Of a stretch of DNA of 64,000 nucleotides, positions 27,257 to 35,256 are shown in pieces. The notes under the pieces were generated by a model, which searched no databases, was not told the origin of the DNA, and saw only the letters and a list, made by a program, of their open reading frames with translations. A program made the translations under genes and the position numbers. The stretch comes from Succinivibrio sp. (GTDB lineage Bacteria > Actinomycetota > Coriobacteriia > Coriobacteriales > Eggerthellaceae), in the NCBI GenBank assembly GCA_963643405.1, contig CAVIKC010000001.1, forward strand, positions 63,598 through 127,597, given 5' to 3'. Position 1 is the first letter of the stretch. The number at the start of each line of letters is the position of its first letter.

Positions 27257-30127
27257 CTACTCCTCTTCAGCAAAACCGATGGCGTCAAGAGCATCGCCGC
27301 AGCGCTCGCATACGCAAGGATGATTGGCATTGGCGCCAAGCTCGCGGAAATTCCAGCAACGTGGGCATTTCTCACCCTGAGCGGGAAGCACCTCGCAGGA
27401 AAGCTCTTCACCCTCGACGAACTCCACGCCAGCGACGATGAACAGCTCTTCGAATACCGCAACATCGTATGCCGACAAAGCCGAAAGGGAGGCGGAAGGA
27501 ACGGAAACCTTAACGGCAGCTTCCTGGCTCTTCTTGATAACCTTCTGGCCTCGAGCGTCCTCGAGTGCCTTAGTTACCGTATCACGCACCTCCATGATGG
27601 TTTCCCATTCAGCCTGAAGGGCTGAGGTATCAACGGGCAAGACAGGATTGAAGCTTTCGCGCGTGGGCCAAGACGCAAGCTGAACGGACTCTTCGCGTCC
27701 CTGACGCTCGAGGATAGAGGATGGGTAGTTCTGCCAAACCTCTTCGGTGGTGAAAGTGAGCACAGGAGCCAGAACACGAACCAGTACTTCAAGGATGTTC
27801 ATAAGCACTGTCTGAACAGCACGACGGCGAGTGCTTTCAGGAGCCTCGGAGTACAAACGGTCTTTCGCCACATCCATGTACACGTTGGATAGGTCGTTCA
27901 CGAAATCATATGCGGCACGGTACACGCCGTGGAAGCGGTACTCGTCATAGGCCTTCGTTACCTCTTCGAGCAACAAAGCGGTCTTGGCCATCATGTACTG
28001 ATCGATGGGCTCAAGGGCATCCCAGGAAACCGTGTCCGTGGCATCGTTGAAATCATCGATATTGCCAAGCAGGAAACGGAAGGTGTTGCGGAATTTGCGG
28101 TAGGTATCGGAAGTGCGCTGAAGGATCTCGTCGCCGATGGAAACATCCTGGCTGTAATCGACCGAGCTGGTCCACATGCGCAGAACCTCTGCACCGAGTT
28201 TCTTGTTAACCTCGTTCGGGTCGATGGTGTTGCCCAAAGACTTCGACATCTTCTTGCCGTCTTTGTCCATAGTGAAGCCACAGCTGATGACGTTCTTGTA
28301 CGGAGGGATGCCATAGGCGGCAACGCTGGTCAGCAAGGAAGACTGGAACCAGCCGCGATGCTGGTCGGAGCCCTCCAGGTAGACATCGGCTGGTCGCTGC
28401 AAGTAGTCGCGGGCCTCGCAAACGGATGTATGGCTTACGCCCGACTCCCACCAAACGTCCAAAACGTCCTTATCGGACTGCAGGTGATCAACGCCTGCAC
28501 CGCACTTCGGGCAGCAGGTATCAGCAGGGAGGAATTCAGCAGGGTCCTTCTTATACCAGGCATCCGCGCCTTCAGTCTTGAACAGATCGATAACGGCGTC
28601 GAACGTCTCGGCCGTAGCAACCGTTTCCCCGCAGGAATCGCAGGTGAAAACCGGAATGGGCACACCCCAGAAACGCTGGCGGGAAATGCACCAATCCGGG
28701 CGGTCGGCAACCATAGCGCCGATGCGGTTGGAAGCCCAAGCGGGGAACCAGTTCACCTGATCCTTGATGGCTTTGGTGGCCTTTTCGCGGATGCCGGTTT
28801 TGTCCATGGAGACGAACCACTGGGTGGTTGCGCGGAAGATGACGGGCTCGTGGCACCGCCAGCAATGAGGATAACTGTGGTCGATATCCTCATGCAGGAT
28901 AAGCATGCCGTGCTCTTCCAGCCATTTGATGATGGCAGGGTTGGCCTCGTTGACGTCCATACCGCCCCAGGGGCCACCGTAGCCGAACGTATCGCCCACA
29001 TAGAACTTACCGTCATCGTCCACCGGCATGATAACCGGGATATCGAACTTCATGCCAGCGTTGTAGTCGTCGACGCCATGGCCGGGAGCACCGTGGACGA
29101 TGCCCGTGCCGTCTTCCAGCGTGACGTAGTCTGCGTAGATGAACTTGCCTACCTCGCCCTGGTCGCCGAAGATGGGCTGCTTGTACTCGTTGCCGGCAAG
29201 ATCGGTGCCGGACATGGCCCATTCGGAGCCATCGGCTCCAAGGGCAAGTACGTTGCCCCAGCCGAAACGCTCGCAGCACTTCTCAACCAAATCACGGGCA
29301 ACGATGGTTGCGCGGCCCTCTACCACAACGGCCACGTACTCGGCAGCCGGGTGCAGGATGACGCAGGCGTCGGCGGGAAGCGTCCAAGGAGTTGTGGTCC
29401 AGATAGCCACATCGAGCTTTCCCTCGTAAGCCTCGAGCCCAGCGGGGACGGTGGTCATCTCGAAACGCACGAAGATGGCAGGACTCACCTCGTTGCTGTA
29501 CTCGATCTCGGCTTCAGCCAAGGCGGTGTGGCAGTGGCTGCACCAGTGGATAGGCTTGCGGCCGCGGTACACGCTGCCGTCAAGGTAGAGCTTCTTGAAG
29601 ATCTCGATGTTGCCGGCCTCGTATTCGGGCAGGTAGGTAAGGTACGGGTTGTCCCATTCACCGCGAACGCCCAAGCGCTTGAAGCCTTCGCGCTGGCCAT
29701 CGAGCTGCTTGGTGGCGTACTCGCGGCAGATCTTGCGGAAGGTAGCAGTGTCGATCTTGGCCATCTTCTCTTCGCCAAGCTGCTCTTCCACCTTGTTCTC
29801 GATGGGGAGGCCGTGGCAATCCCAGCCGGGAACGTACGGCGCATAGTATCCTCGCATCGACTTGTACTTCACGATGAAGTCTTTGAGGATCTTGTTGAAG
29901 GCATGACCGATATGGATGGGGCCGTTAGCATACGGCGGGCCATCGTGCAGGATGAAGGGCTCGTTGTCCTTGTTCTTCTCCAGCACCTTCGCATAGATAT
30001 CGATGTCGTTCCAATACTGAAGGCGCTTAGGTTCGTTCTCGGGCAAATTCGCACGCATCGCGAAGTCGGTGCGCGGCAGGTTCATGGTTTGCTTGTAGCT
30101 GTTGGCCACGGTGCGACCTTTCTTCAT
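27257..30127 (-). CDS. ileS: isoleucine--tRNA ligase
   Basis: HIGH (HIGHAFNK) and KMSKS motifs, CP1 editing region, C-terminal CPRCW...CERC zinc knuckle; 956 aa. Confidence 0.95.
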   Translation of the reverse strand: MKKGRTVANSYKQTMNLPRTDFAMRANLPENEPKRLQYWNDIDIYAKVLEKNKDNEPFILHDGPPYANGPIHIGHAFNKILKDFIVKYKSMRGYYAPYVPGWDCHGLPIENKVEEQLGEEKMAKIDTATFRKICREYATKQLDGQREGFKRLGVRGEWDNPYLTYLPEYEAGNIEIFKKLYLDGSVYRGRKPIHWCSHCHTALAEAEIEYSNEVSPAIFVRFEMTTVPAGLEAYEGKLDVAIWTTTPWTLPADACVILHPAAEYVAVVVEGRATIVARDLVEKCCERFGWGNVLALGADGSEWAMSGTDLAGNEYKQPIFGDQGEVGKFIYADYVTLEDGTGIVHGAPGHGVDDYNAGMKFDIPVIMPVDDDGKFYVGDTFGYGGPWGGMDVNEANPAIIKWLEEHGMLILHEDIDHSYPHCWRCHEPVIFRATTQWFVSMDKTGIREKATKAIKDQVNWFPAWASNRIGAMVADRPDWCISRQRFWGVPIPVFTCDSCGETVATAETFDAVIDLFKTEGADAWYKKDPAEFLPADTCCPKCGAGVDHLQSDKDVLDVWWESGVSHTSVCEARDYLQRPADVYLEGSDQHRGWFQSSLLTSVAAYGIPPYKNVISCGFTMDKDGKKMSKSLGNTIDPNEVNKKLGAEVLRMWTSSVDYSQDVSIGDEILQRTSDTYRKFRNTFRFLLGNIDDFNDATDTVSWDALEPIDQYMMAKTALLLEEVTKAYDEYRFHGVYRAAYDFVNDLSNVYMDVAKDRLYSEAPESTRRRAVQTVLMNILEVLVRVLAPVLTFTTEEVWQNYPSSILERQGREESVQLASWPTRESFNPVLPVDTSALQAEWETIMEVRDTVTKALEDARGQKVIKKSQEAAVKVSVPSASLSALSAYDVAVFEELFIVAGVEFVEGEELSCEVLPAQGEKCPRCWNFRELGANANHPCVCERCGDALDAIGFAEEE

Positions 30128-30151
30128 CCTCGTTTGCAGGGTAACCAGTAG

Positions 30152-30157
30152 ATTATA
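30152..30157 (-). promoter_or_regulatory. candidate -10 box (TATAAT) for ileS
   Basis: A minus-strand TATAAT lies about 25 nt upstream of the ileS ATG, within the 77-nt gap after the transglutaminase gene. Confidence 0.3.
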
Positions 30158-30204
30158 GCCGAACAGGCTGAAGAAACGTAACGCATTAAGCCCTTTGCCA
30201 AGCC

Positions 30205-31017
30205 CTACTGCTCCTCTTGCTGGAACCTGGTGGCACCGCCTTCTTTGCTCACCGTTGCCTTGACGTGCTGGGTCTGCGTGCCTGTCCCGTTCAGCACGCC
30301 ACGCTCGATCGAGCAGTCCTCGAAGTCCCTCCCCCGCGAGAGGATGATGTAGCTCTCGTCAACAAGCTTATCGTTTGTGGGATCGAGGCCTATCCAGTTG
30401 CTGCCGTCGAACACCTCCACCCAAGCATGCGTTGCGCCCTCTCCTTCCATCAGGCCGGCACAATAGCGGGCAGGAATGCCCTCCACCCGGCACAGCATTA
30501 TCAAGACCTGTGCGTAATCCTGGCATACACCAGCAGCCAACCCGAATGCCTCACGGGCCGTGGTCTTCACGGACGTCGCCCCACCGTCATACGTAAAATG
30601 CCGATACACTGCATGCATCAGGTCGCATGCCTTTTTCACCACCGGGGCATGGGGAACGCATTGCAGGATGTGCCGCGCGAAAACCTCGGCCTCATGACTT
30701 GGTTGAGTGTAGAGCGAAGGCTGCAGATACATCGGGTGCGCCACCTCGGTGTCAGTGGCCTCCTGATCCACCACCACCAGTCCATAGCTCACGAACGAGA
30801 AGCACTCGTGCGGCTCGAGGATGCATCCCACGTGGAGGCGATTGCCGAATCCATCGGACAGCTCGCGCAGATGGGTGCCGGGCGTGATGATAAGCTGAGA
30901 ATCCAATATTTTCTGAAAAGGAGTGGAGCGCGGAGCGCAACGTAAGACGAAGCTGTGCGCCGTAACCGGTTCCGAAAACTCTAAGTGCGTCTCAAACGAG
31001 TAGCTCAAAATCCTCAT
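30205..31017 (-). CDS. transglutaminase-like cysteine peptidase family protein
   Basis: Cys-His-Asp core blocks GVCQDYAQ, ATHAWVEVF and GLDPTN. Confidence 0.88.
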   Translation of the reverse strand: MRILSYSFETHLEFSEPVTAHSFVLRCAPRSTPFQKILDSQLIITPGTHLRELSDGFGNRLHVGCILEPHECFSFVSYGLVVVDQEATDTEVAHPMYLQPSLYTQPSHEAEVFARHILQCVPHAPVVKKACDLMHAVYRHFTYDGGATSVKTTAREAFGLAAGVCQDYAQVLIMLCRVEGIPARYCAGLMEGEGATHAWVEVFDGSNWIGLDPTNDKLVDESYIILSRGRDFEDCSIERGVLNGTGTQTQHVKATVSKEGGATRFQQEEQ

Positions 31018-31029
31018 CGCAACCCGCTC

Positions 31030-31713
31030 CTAGAAGATCTTCTCTACCAGATCAAGCATCTTCGAGAGCTGCTCAGGCGAAGCATTCCGGGGGAAGTCGT
31101 CATCATATATGAGCACGATGAGGTCCTTGAAGCTGGCGCGATCATACGAGATGCCCATGCGATCGATACGGCTGGCTAGCTTATGGGCCTCCCTTTCAAG
31201 CTGATCAAGCTTGTAACCCAAACGAAGGAACAGGTCCATGCGCTCGATGCTGAACCCGCATTTAACGATATTGCGCGCCACATCGTCGACGACGTAATCG
31301 TCCGAGCAGCCCTTGAAGGCCATGATGTCGTCGATGATGAGCGCACAGTCCAACATGGGAGCATCGCTTTCGGCGGCATGGGCAAGGCTGTTCACCGCCA
31401 TCTGGACGTACGCAATGGTCTCGGTGCCTATGACGTCACGGAGCACCACTGCATTGTCGTATGCAGCCTCGAGCGAACGCTTGATGCTGGAAGGGCAATC
31501 TGCGCCGAACAGGCAACGGTTGAACAAGGAAACCGTGTCGTCCTCATGTGGATCGAATCCCAAGGAGCTCAATTGGTCCTTCCATAAGCCATCGGCCGAG
31601 TCGATGGCCTTGTCGTAAGTCGACATGATGAAGGTCAAAGTGGTATGTGAGCGCTCTATATAGCGTCCCAGCCAAAACAGATGGTCGATCTTGTCAAGCG
31701 AAAGCGATCCCAT
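31030..31713 (-). CDS. alpha-E domain protein (DUF403)
   Basis: N-terminal signature IDHLFWLGRYIERS; all-helical, 227 aa; 12 nt upstream of the transglutaminase gene. Confidence 0.85.
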   Translation of the reverse strand: MGSLSLDKIDHLFWLGRYIERSHTTLTFIMSTYDKAIDSADGLWKDQLSSLGFDPHEDDTVSLFNRCLFGADCPSSIKRSLEAAYDNAVVLRDVIGTETIAYVQMAVNSLAHAAESDAPMLDCALIIDDIMAFKGCSDDYVVDDVARNIVKCGFSIERMDLFLRLGYKLDQLEREAHKLASRIDRMGISYDRASFKDLIVLIYDDDFPRNASPEQLSKMLDLVEKIF

Positions 31714-31802
31714 AGTGGGTTCCTCCTAGAGAACGTGAGGGAAGAAAGCTGCCGTACCTGAGCAGCAGAACAGGTACGATGTGTTGCGGTGCACCGCACT
31801 AG

Positions 31803-33221
31803 CTACGATGTGACGCTGCAACCATCGCCAACCTCGGCCAAGGAAGGCTTCTCGGGCACTTCACTGGCAGCACGTATCGCAGCAGCCTCCTCGTCGGTCC
31901 CTGCTATATCGGCACCCAGCACCCAGGTGTCCTTGAAGCCACCTCCCTGAGAGGAGTTCACCACCGCTGATCCCGCGATACGCGAATAGCGGGTAAGACC
32001 ACTCGGCCATACCTTGGTGGAGCCATTAGAAAGGACGAAAGCACGCAGGTCAGCCTTGCGGGGAACCTCTTCCCCATCGATGAACGTGGGAAGGCAGAGA
32101 AAATCGATAACCTCTTGCGCGATAAAGCGCCGAGGCTCTAGCTTGATCTTCTGAAGCAGAGCCGACAACTCGTCTTCGGGAAGCTCCGAGCCGAACACCA
32201 CGCCGTAACCGCCAGCCTCTGCAACGTCCTTGATAACCAGCTCATCCGCATGTTCCAGCACATATGCAAGGTCGTCGGGATAATACGGCAAGTAAGTTGG
32301 GGCGTTGTGCAGGATGGGCTCTTCGTCTAAGTAGTACTCGATCATCTTAGGTACGAAGTAATATATGCCCTTGTCGTCGGCGGCGCCATTGCCTGGGGCG
32401 TTCACGATGGCAACGTTGCCGGCACGATACGCGCTCATCAGGTTTGGCACGCCGATCAGGCTCTCCGGCACGAAGCATAGAGGGTCTAAATACTCGTCGG
32501 AGGTGCGGCGGTACACGGCGCCTACCCGCTTGCTCTCGTTCGCATCACGGTAAAACAACTGCAAATCCTGCACGAAGAGCTCATTGGGCTCCGCAAGAAC
32601 CGCCCCCGCCTTTTCAGCCAGATACGAATGCTCGAAATATGCAGCGTTGTAACGCCCTGGGGTCAGAACCACGTTTATGCCACCGCAGTTCACGTAGTCC
32701 ATGGTTTCGCGCAGAAGCTCGCCATAGTTTCGATTGTCTTTAATGGAAAGCGTACGGAAGGTCTCGGCATCGCATCTTCTACACAGCCGGCGCGCAATGA
32801 GCGGGTAGGAAGCACCTGAGGGAATACGCAGGTTGTCTTCCAGCACATACCAGACCCCATCATCGCCTTCTACGAGATCAATACCCGAGATATGAGAGAA
32901 AATGCCCTTTGGTGGCATAATTCCCTCGCATTGCGGAAGGTAGCCCGAAGAGGCAAATGCGAACGTCTCGGGCACTATCCCGTCTTTTATAATGCGCTTT
33001 TCACCATAAAGATCACGCAGATAGGCATTCAAAGCATCAACGCGTTGGATCAGTCCGCGTTCGAGGTACTCCCATTGCGATGCGGTGATTATGCGCGGAA
33101 TAGCATCGAAGGGAAACAGCCGTTCCTTGAATTCTCCGTGCTTGTACAATCCGAATTTGACTCCATAACGCGCAAGCTGAGAGTTGATCTTTGGGGTTTG
33201 CTCCACAAGCTTCGTGTACAT
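31803..33221 (-). CDS. circularly permuted type 2 ATP-grasp protein (DUF404/DUF407)
   Basis: Start at ATG 33221 (AGGAGG 5 nt upstream). Blocks FDAIPRIIT, INVVLTPGRYNAAYFEHSYLA and GNVAIVNAPGNG are typical of this family. Confidence 0.88.
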   Translation of the reverse strand: MYTKLVEQTPKINSQLARYGVKFGLYKHGEFKERLFPFDAIPRIITASQWEYLERGLIQRVDALNAYLRDLYGEKRIIKDGIVPETFAFASSGYLPQCEGIMPPKGIFSHISGIDLVEGDDGVWYVLEDNLRIPSGASYPLIARRLCRRCDAETFRTLSIKDNRNYGELLRETMDYVNCGGINVVLTPGRYNAAYFEHSYLAEKAGAVLAEPNELFVQDLQLFYRDANESKRVGAVYRRTSDEYLDPLCFVPESLIGVPNLMSAYRAGNVAIVNAPGNGAADDKGIYYFVPKMIEYYLDEEPILHNAPTYLPYYPDDLAYVLEHADELVIKDVAEAGGYGVVFGSELPEDELSALLQKIKLEPRRFIAQEVIDFLCLPTFIDGEEVPRKADLRAFVLSNGSTKVWPSGLTRYSRIAGSAVVNSSQGGGFKDTWVLGADIAGTDEEAAAIRAASEVPEKPSLAEVGDGCSVTS

Positions 33222-33409
33222 CGCTACCTCCTGCTTTATCTCTAAGAAGGAGGTTAAAAGCACAAAGTTACATGGGAATGTCACCAGTGTTAACGAGGTG
33301 CAACGACGGGATGAACCGATGTTAACAATCATGAACCACGCTCATGGAAAGAAGTTCAGAATTCATCTTTGAGTCCAAGATGGCGCACTAGAATAAAAAC
33401 AAGGTTTTA

Positions 33410-33733
33410 TTGATGGGGATCGATGGACCAAGGAGGGCGTTTACCATGGCTAACGGAAAAACCCAGAGCGCGGCAAAGCTCTACACGCGCGTGAACATCG
33501 ATGAATGCCTCTATACGGACAACTTCCACTGCGGGCATGCCTGTATAAGCTGCGGCCACTGCGAGGACATCTGCCCCGCCCAGGCAATCAAGCTAGTTCA
33601 GGGCAAACCGACTTGGATCAAGGAAGAATGCTTCATGTGCTTCGGATGCCTTCGCCTGTGCCCAACCTCGGCCATCCGCTACGGCGAGGCCGAAAGCAAA
33701 CAGGAAAACCGAGAAGTGGCAATGGCCTCATAA
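33410..33733 (+). CDS. 2x[4Fe-4S] ferredoxin-domain protein
   Basis: Two CxxCxxCxxxCP motifs (CISCGHCEDICP, CFMCFGCLRLCP). The start may be ATG 33446 (MANGKT). Confidence 0.8.
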   Translation: MMGIDGPRRAFTMANGKTQSAAKLYTRVNIDECLYTDNFHCGHACISCGHCEDICPAQAIKLVQGKPTWIKEECFMCFGCLRLCPTSAIRYGEAESKQENREVAMAS

Positions 33734-33755
33734 CGCCAGGCGGAAACGGTCTCCA

Positions 33756-33782
33756 GTTGCTCGACCGATTAGGTCGAGCAAC
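33756..33782 (+). terminator. stem-loop after the ferredoxin gene
   Basis: 11-bp perfect stem GTTGCTCGACC / GGTCGAGCAAC; no U tract. Confidence 0.45.
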
Positions 33783-33802
33783 AGCCAACATCCCAAAATA
33801 GG

Positions 33803-33843
33803 CACGAAAAACAAATATGCCGGCAGGTGCACTGCCGGCATAT
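33803..33843 (-). terminator. rho-independent terminator of the small zinc-ribbon gene
   Basis: 12-bp perfect stem ATATGCCGGCAG / CTGCCGGCATAT followed, on the minus strand, by a T-rich tract. Confidence 0.6.
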
Positions 33844-33847
33844 CGAG

Positions 33848-34066
33848 TTAAGCGATCGAACCAACCTGATTCTTTATCCCTACGGTGGATGAGATCTTCT
33901 CCCCCAACTCGGACATGTCTGCCCGATTCTCTTTCCTCATGAACTTGCCATGCTCCGGGCAAACTCCGTGATACCTCACCTCGCCAGGGGCAAGCTCTAC
34001 AGTGATATCAACCACCATTGCGCATTTTGGGCAGGTGCCCATCGATTCAGTGCAAGGGATCTTCAT
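33848..34066 (-). CDS. small Cys-rich (zinc-ribbon-like) protein, 72 aa, hypothetical
   Basis: MKIPCTESMGTCPKCAMVV...GVCPEHGKF gives a C-x6-C-x2-C ... C-x2-H pattern. A GGTGG-type RBS lies 8 nt before ATG 34066. Confidence 0.55.
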   Translation of the reverse strand: MKIPCTESMGTCPKCAMVVDITVELAPGEVRYHGVCPEHGKFMRKENRADMSELGEKISSTVGIKNQVGSIA

Positions 34067-34137
34067 CTCAAACCCCACCTTTCTGTAGGCCGCATCGTTC
34101 TGTTGGCTTATCCCAACGAAGAACACGTTTCACAGAA

Positions 34138-34155
34138 ATGAACGCGTTCATTCTT
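34138..34155. promoter_or_regulatory. candidate operator: ATGAACGCGTTCAT (14-bp perfect palindrome) + TCTT, shared 16-mer with 2757..2772
   Basis: It lies 72-89 nt upstream of the zinc-ribbon gene start. The 16-nt match GAACGCGTTCATTCTT at 34140..34155 is identical to the fbp/ADH promoter region. Confidence 0.4.
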
Positions 34156-34287
34156 CGTTACAGAACACATCTTAACGCTTTGAGGAGAATTTTGAACCCG
34201 GTAATACGAATCGATGTTTACACATATCGAATGAACTTATTGATGAAAAGATAGGTGGGTCGAAGCACCTAAACGCCAATGGGAAGC

Positions 34288-35106
34288 CTACGCAACGAAA
34301 TCGTAGATAACCTTGAGGAAGAAGATCGCCAACACGGTAACGGTGATTGGCTTGGCTACCGCACCACCGTTCTTGGTGAAGCTGTGCGAGCCCAGGTAAT
34401 TGCCCAACATGTTGAACAAACCGGCAAGCAGACCCAAGAGGATAACCACCTGGCCGTTCAGCAAAAACACCACCAAAGCCGCAACGTTAGTGGTGAGGTT
34501 GATGGCCTTAGTGACACCCGCAGCAGAATCAAGGCGCAAATGCGCCACACCGGTGAGCAGCAGCATCAAGAACGTTCCCGTTCCTGGGCCATAGAAGCCA
34601 TCGTAGACGCCAACGGCAAGGGCAATGCCCATGCACAACAGCGCGGTTTTCCTCGCGCTGTACGATTCCAGACCAGCCGCATCGAACGACTTCGATCGCA
34701 TCACATAGACGGCCGTAAGGGGCAGGAGGACCAAAAGGAACACCCGAAGGAATCCGTCGTCGGCAAGAAGCAGCAAGTTGGAGCCTATCGCAGAGCCAGC
34801 GAAGGCGAATGCGATACTCGGAAGCGCCAAGCGCAAGTTTATCATCCCGGACTTCGCGTAATGAAAGGTGGCAACCGCCGTCCCCATGGATGAGCTGAGC
34901 TTGTTGGTGGCGATAGCCGCATGAGTGGGGACGCCGGCGATCATGTAGGCGGGCAAACTGATAAGACCACCGCCGCCGGCAATGGCGTCTACATAGCCGG
35001 CAAGGAACACCAGAGCAACGATAACGGCAAGGCCCCAGGGCTCCACACCGAAAAGATGCGTCACTATGTCGAACACCATTTCCACAGCGCATGCGATTCT
35101 ACACAT
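34288..35106 (-). CDS. sulfite exporter TauE/SafE (TSUP) family membrane protein
   Basis: Two-repeat 4-TM layout with GYVDAIAGGGGLISLPA and GFYGPGTGTF blocks. The start is uncertain (35106 or 35079). Confidence 0.88.
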   Translation of the reverse strand: MCRIACAVEMVFDIVTHLFGVEPWGLAVIVALVFLAGYVDAIAGGGGLISLPAYMIAGVPTHAAIATNKLSSSMGTAVATFHYAKSGMINLRLALPSIAFAFAGSAIGSNLLLLADDGFLRVFLLVLLPLTAVYVMRSKSFDAAGLESYSARKTALLCMGIALAVGVYDGFYGPGTGTFLMLLLTGVAHLRLDSAAGVTKAINLTTNVAALVVFLLNGQVVILLGLLAGLFNMLGNYLGSHSFTKNGGAVAKPITVTVLAIFFLKVIYDFVA

Positions 35107-35163
35107 AGAACATGTTCAACAACAGCACGCAACTGCCAACAAAGCCTGAGCAGACATCGTGTG

Positions 35164-35204
35164 AAAAATAAGAGGCAGGCGAAGCTCACATGCATCGCCT
35201 GCCT
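35164..35204 (-). terminator. rho-independent terminator of the giant BCR/HAD-type gene
   Basis: On the minus strand, AGGCAGGCGA-loop-TCGCCTGCCT is followed by CTTATTTTT, about 50 nt after the stop. Confidence 0.65.
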
Positions 35205-35256
35205 CTTGGAAGACATATCGGATTTGACAACCAGCCGGAAGAACCAACCCCGTGCT

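Noticed and set aside
27929-30151. 740-aa ORF on the plus strand, antisense to ileS
   Set aside because: It exactly shadows a gene with unmistakable IleRS motifs on the other strand. The translation is low-complexity (Gly/Ala/Val/Leu/Arg-rich) with no recognisable domain. Long stop-free antisense frames are expected in GC-rich genes with strong GC3 bias.
30128-30204. T-box leader upstream of ileS
   Set aside because: Only 77 nt separate ileS from the preceding gene. I see no specifier hairpin or T-box sequence, only a TATAAT and an RBS.
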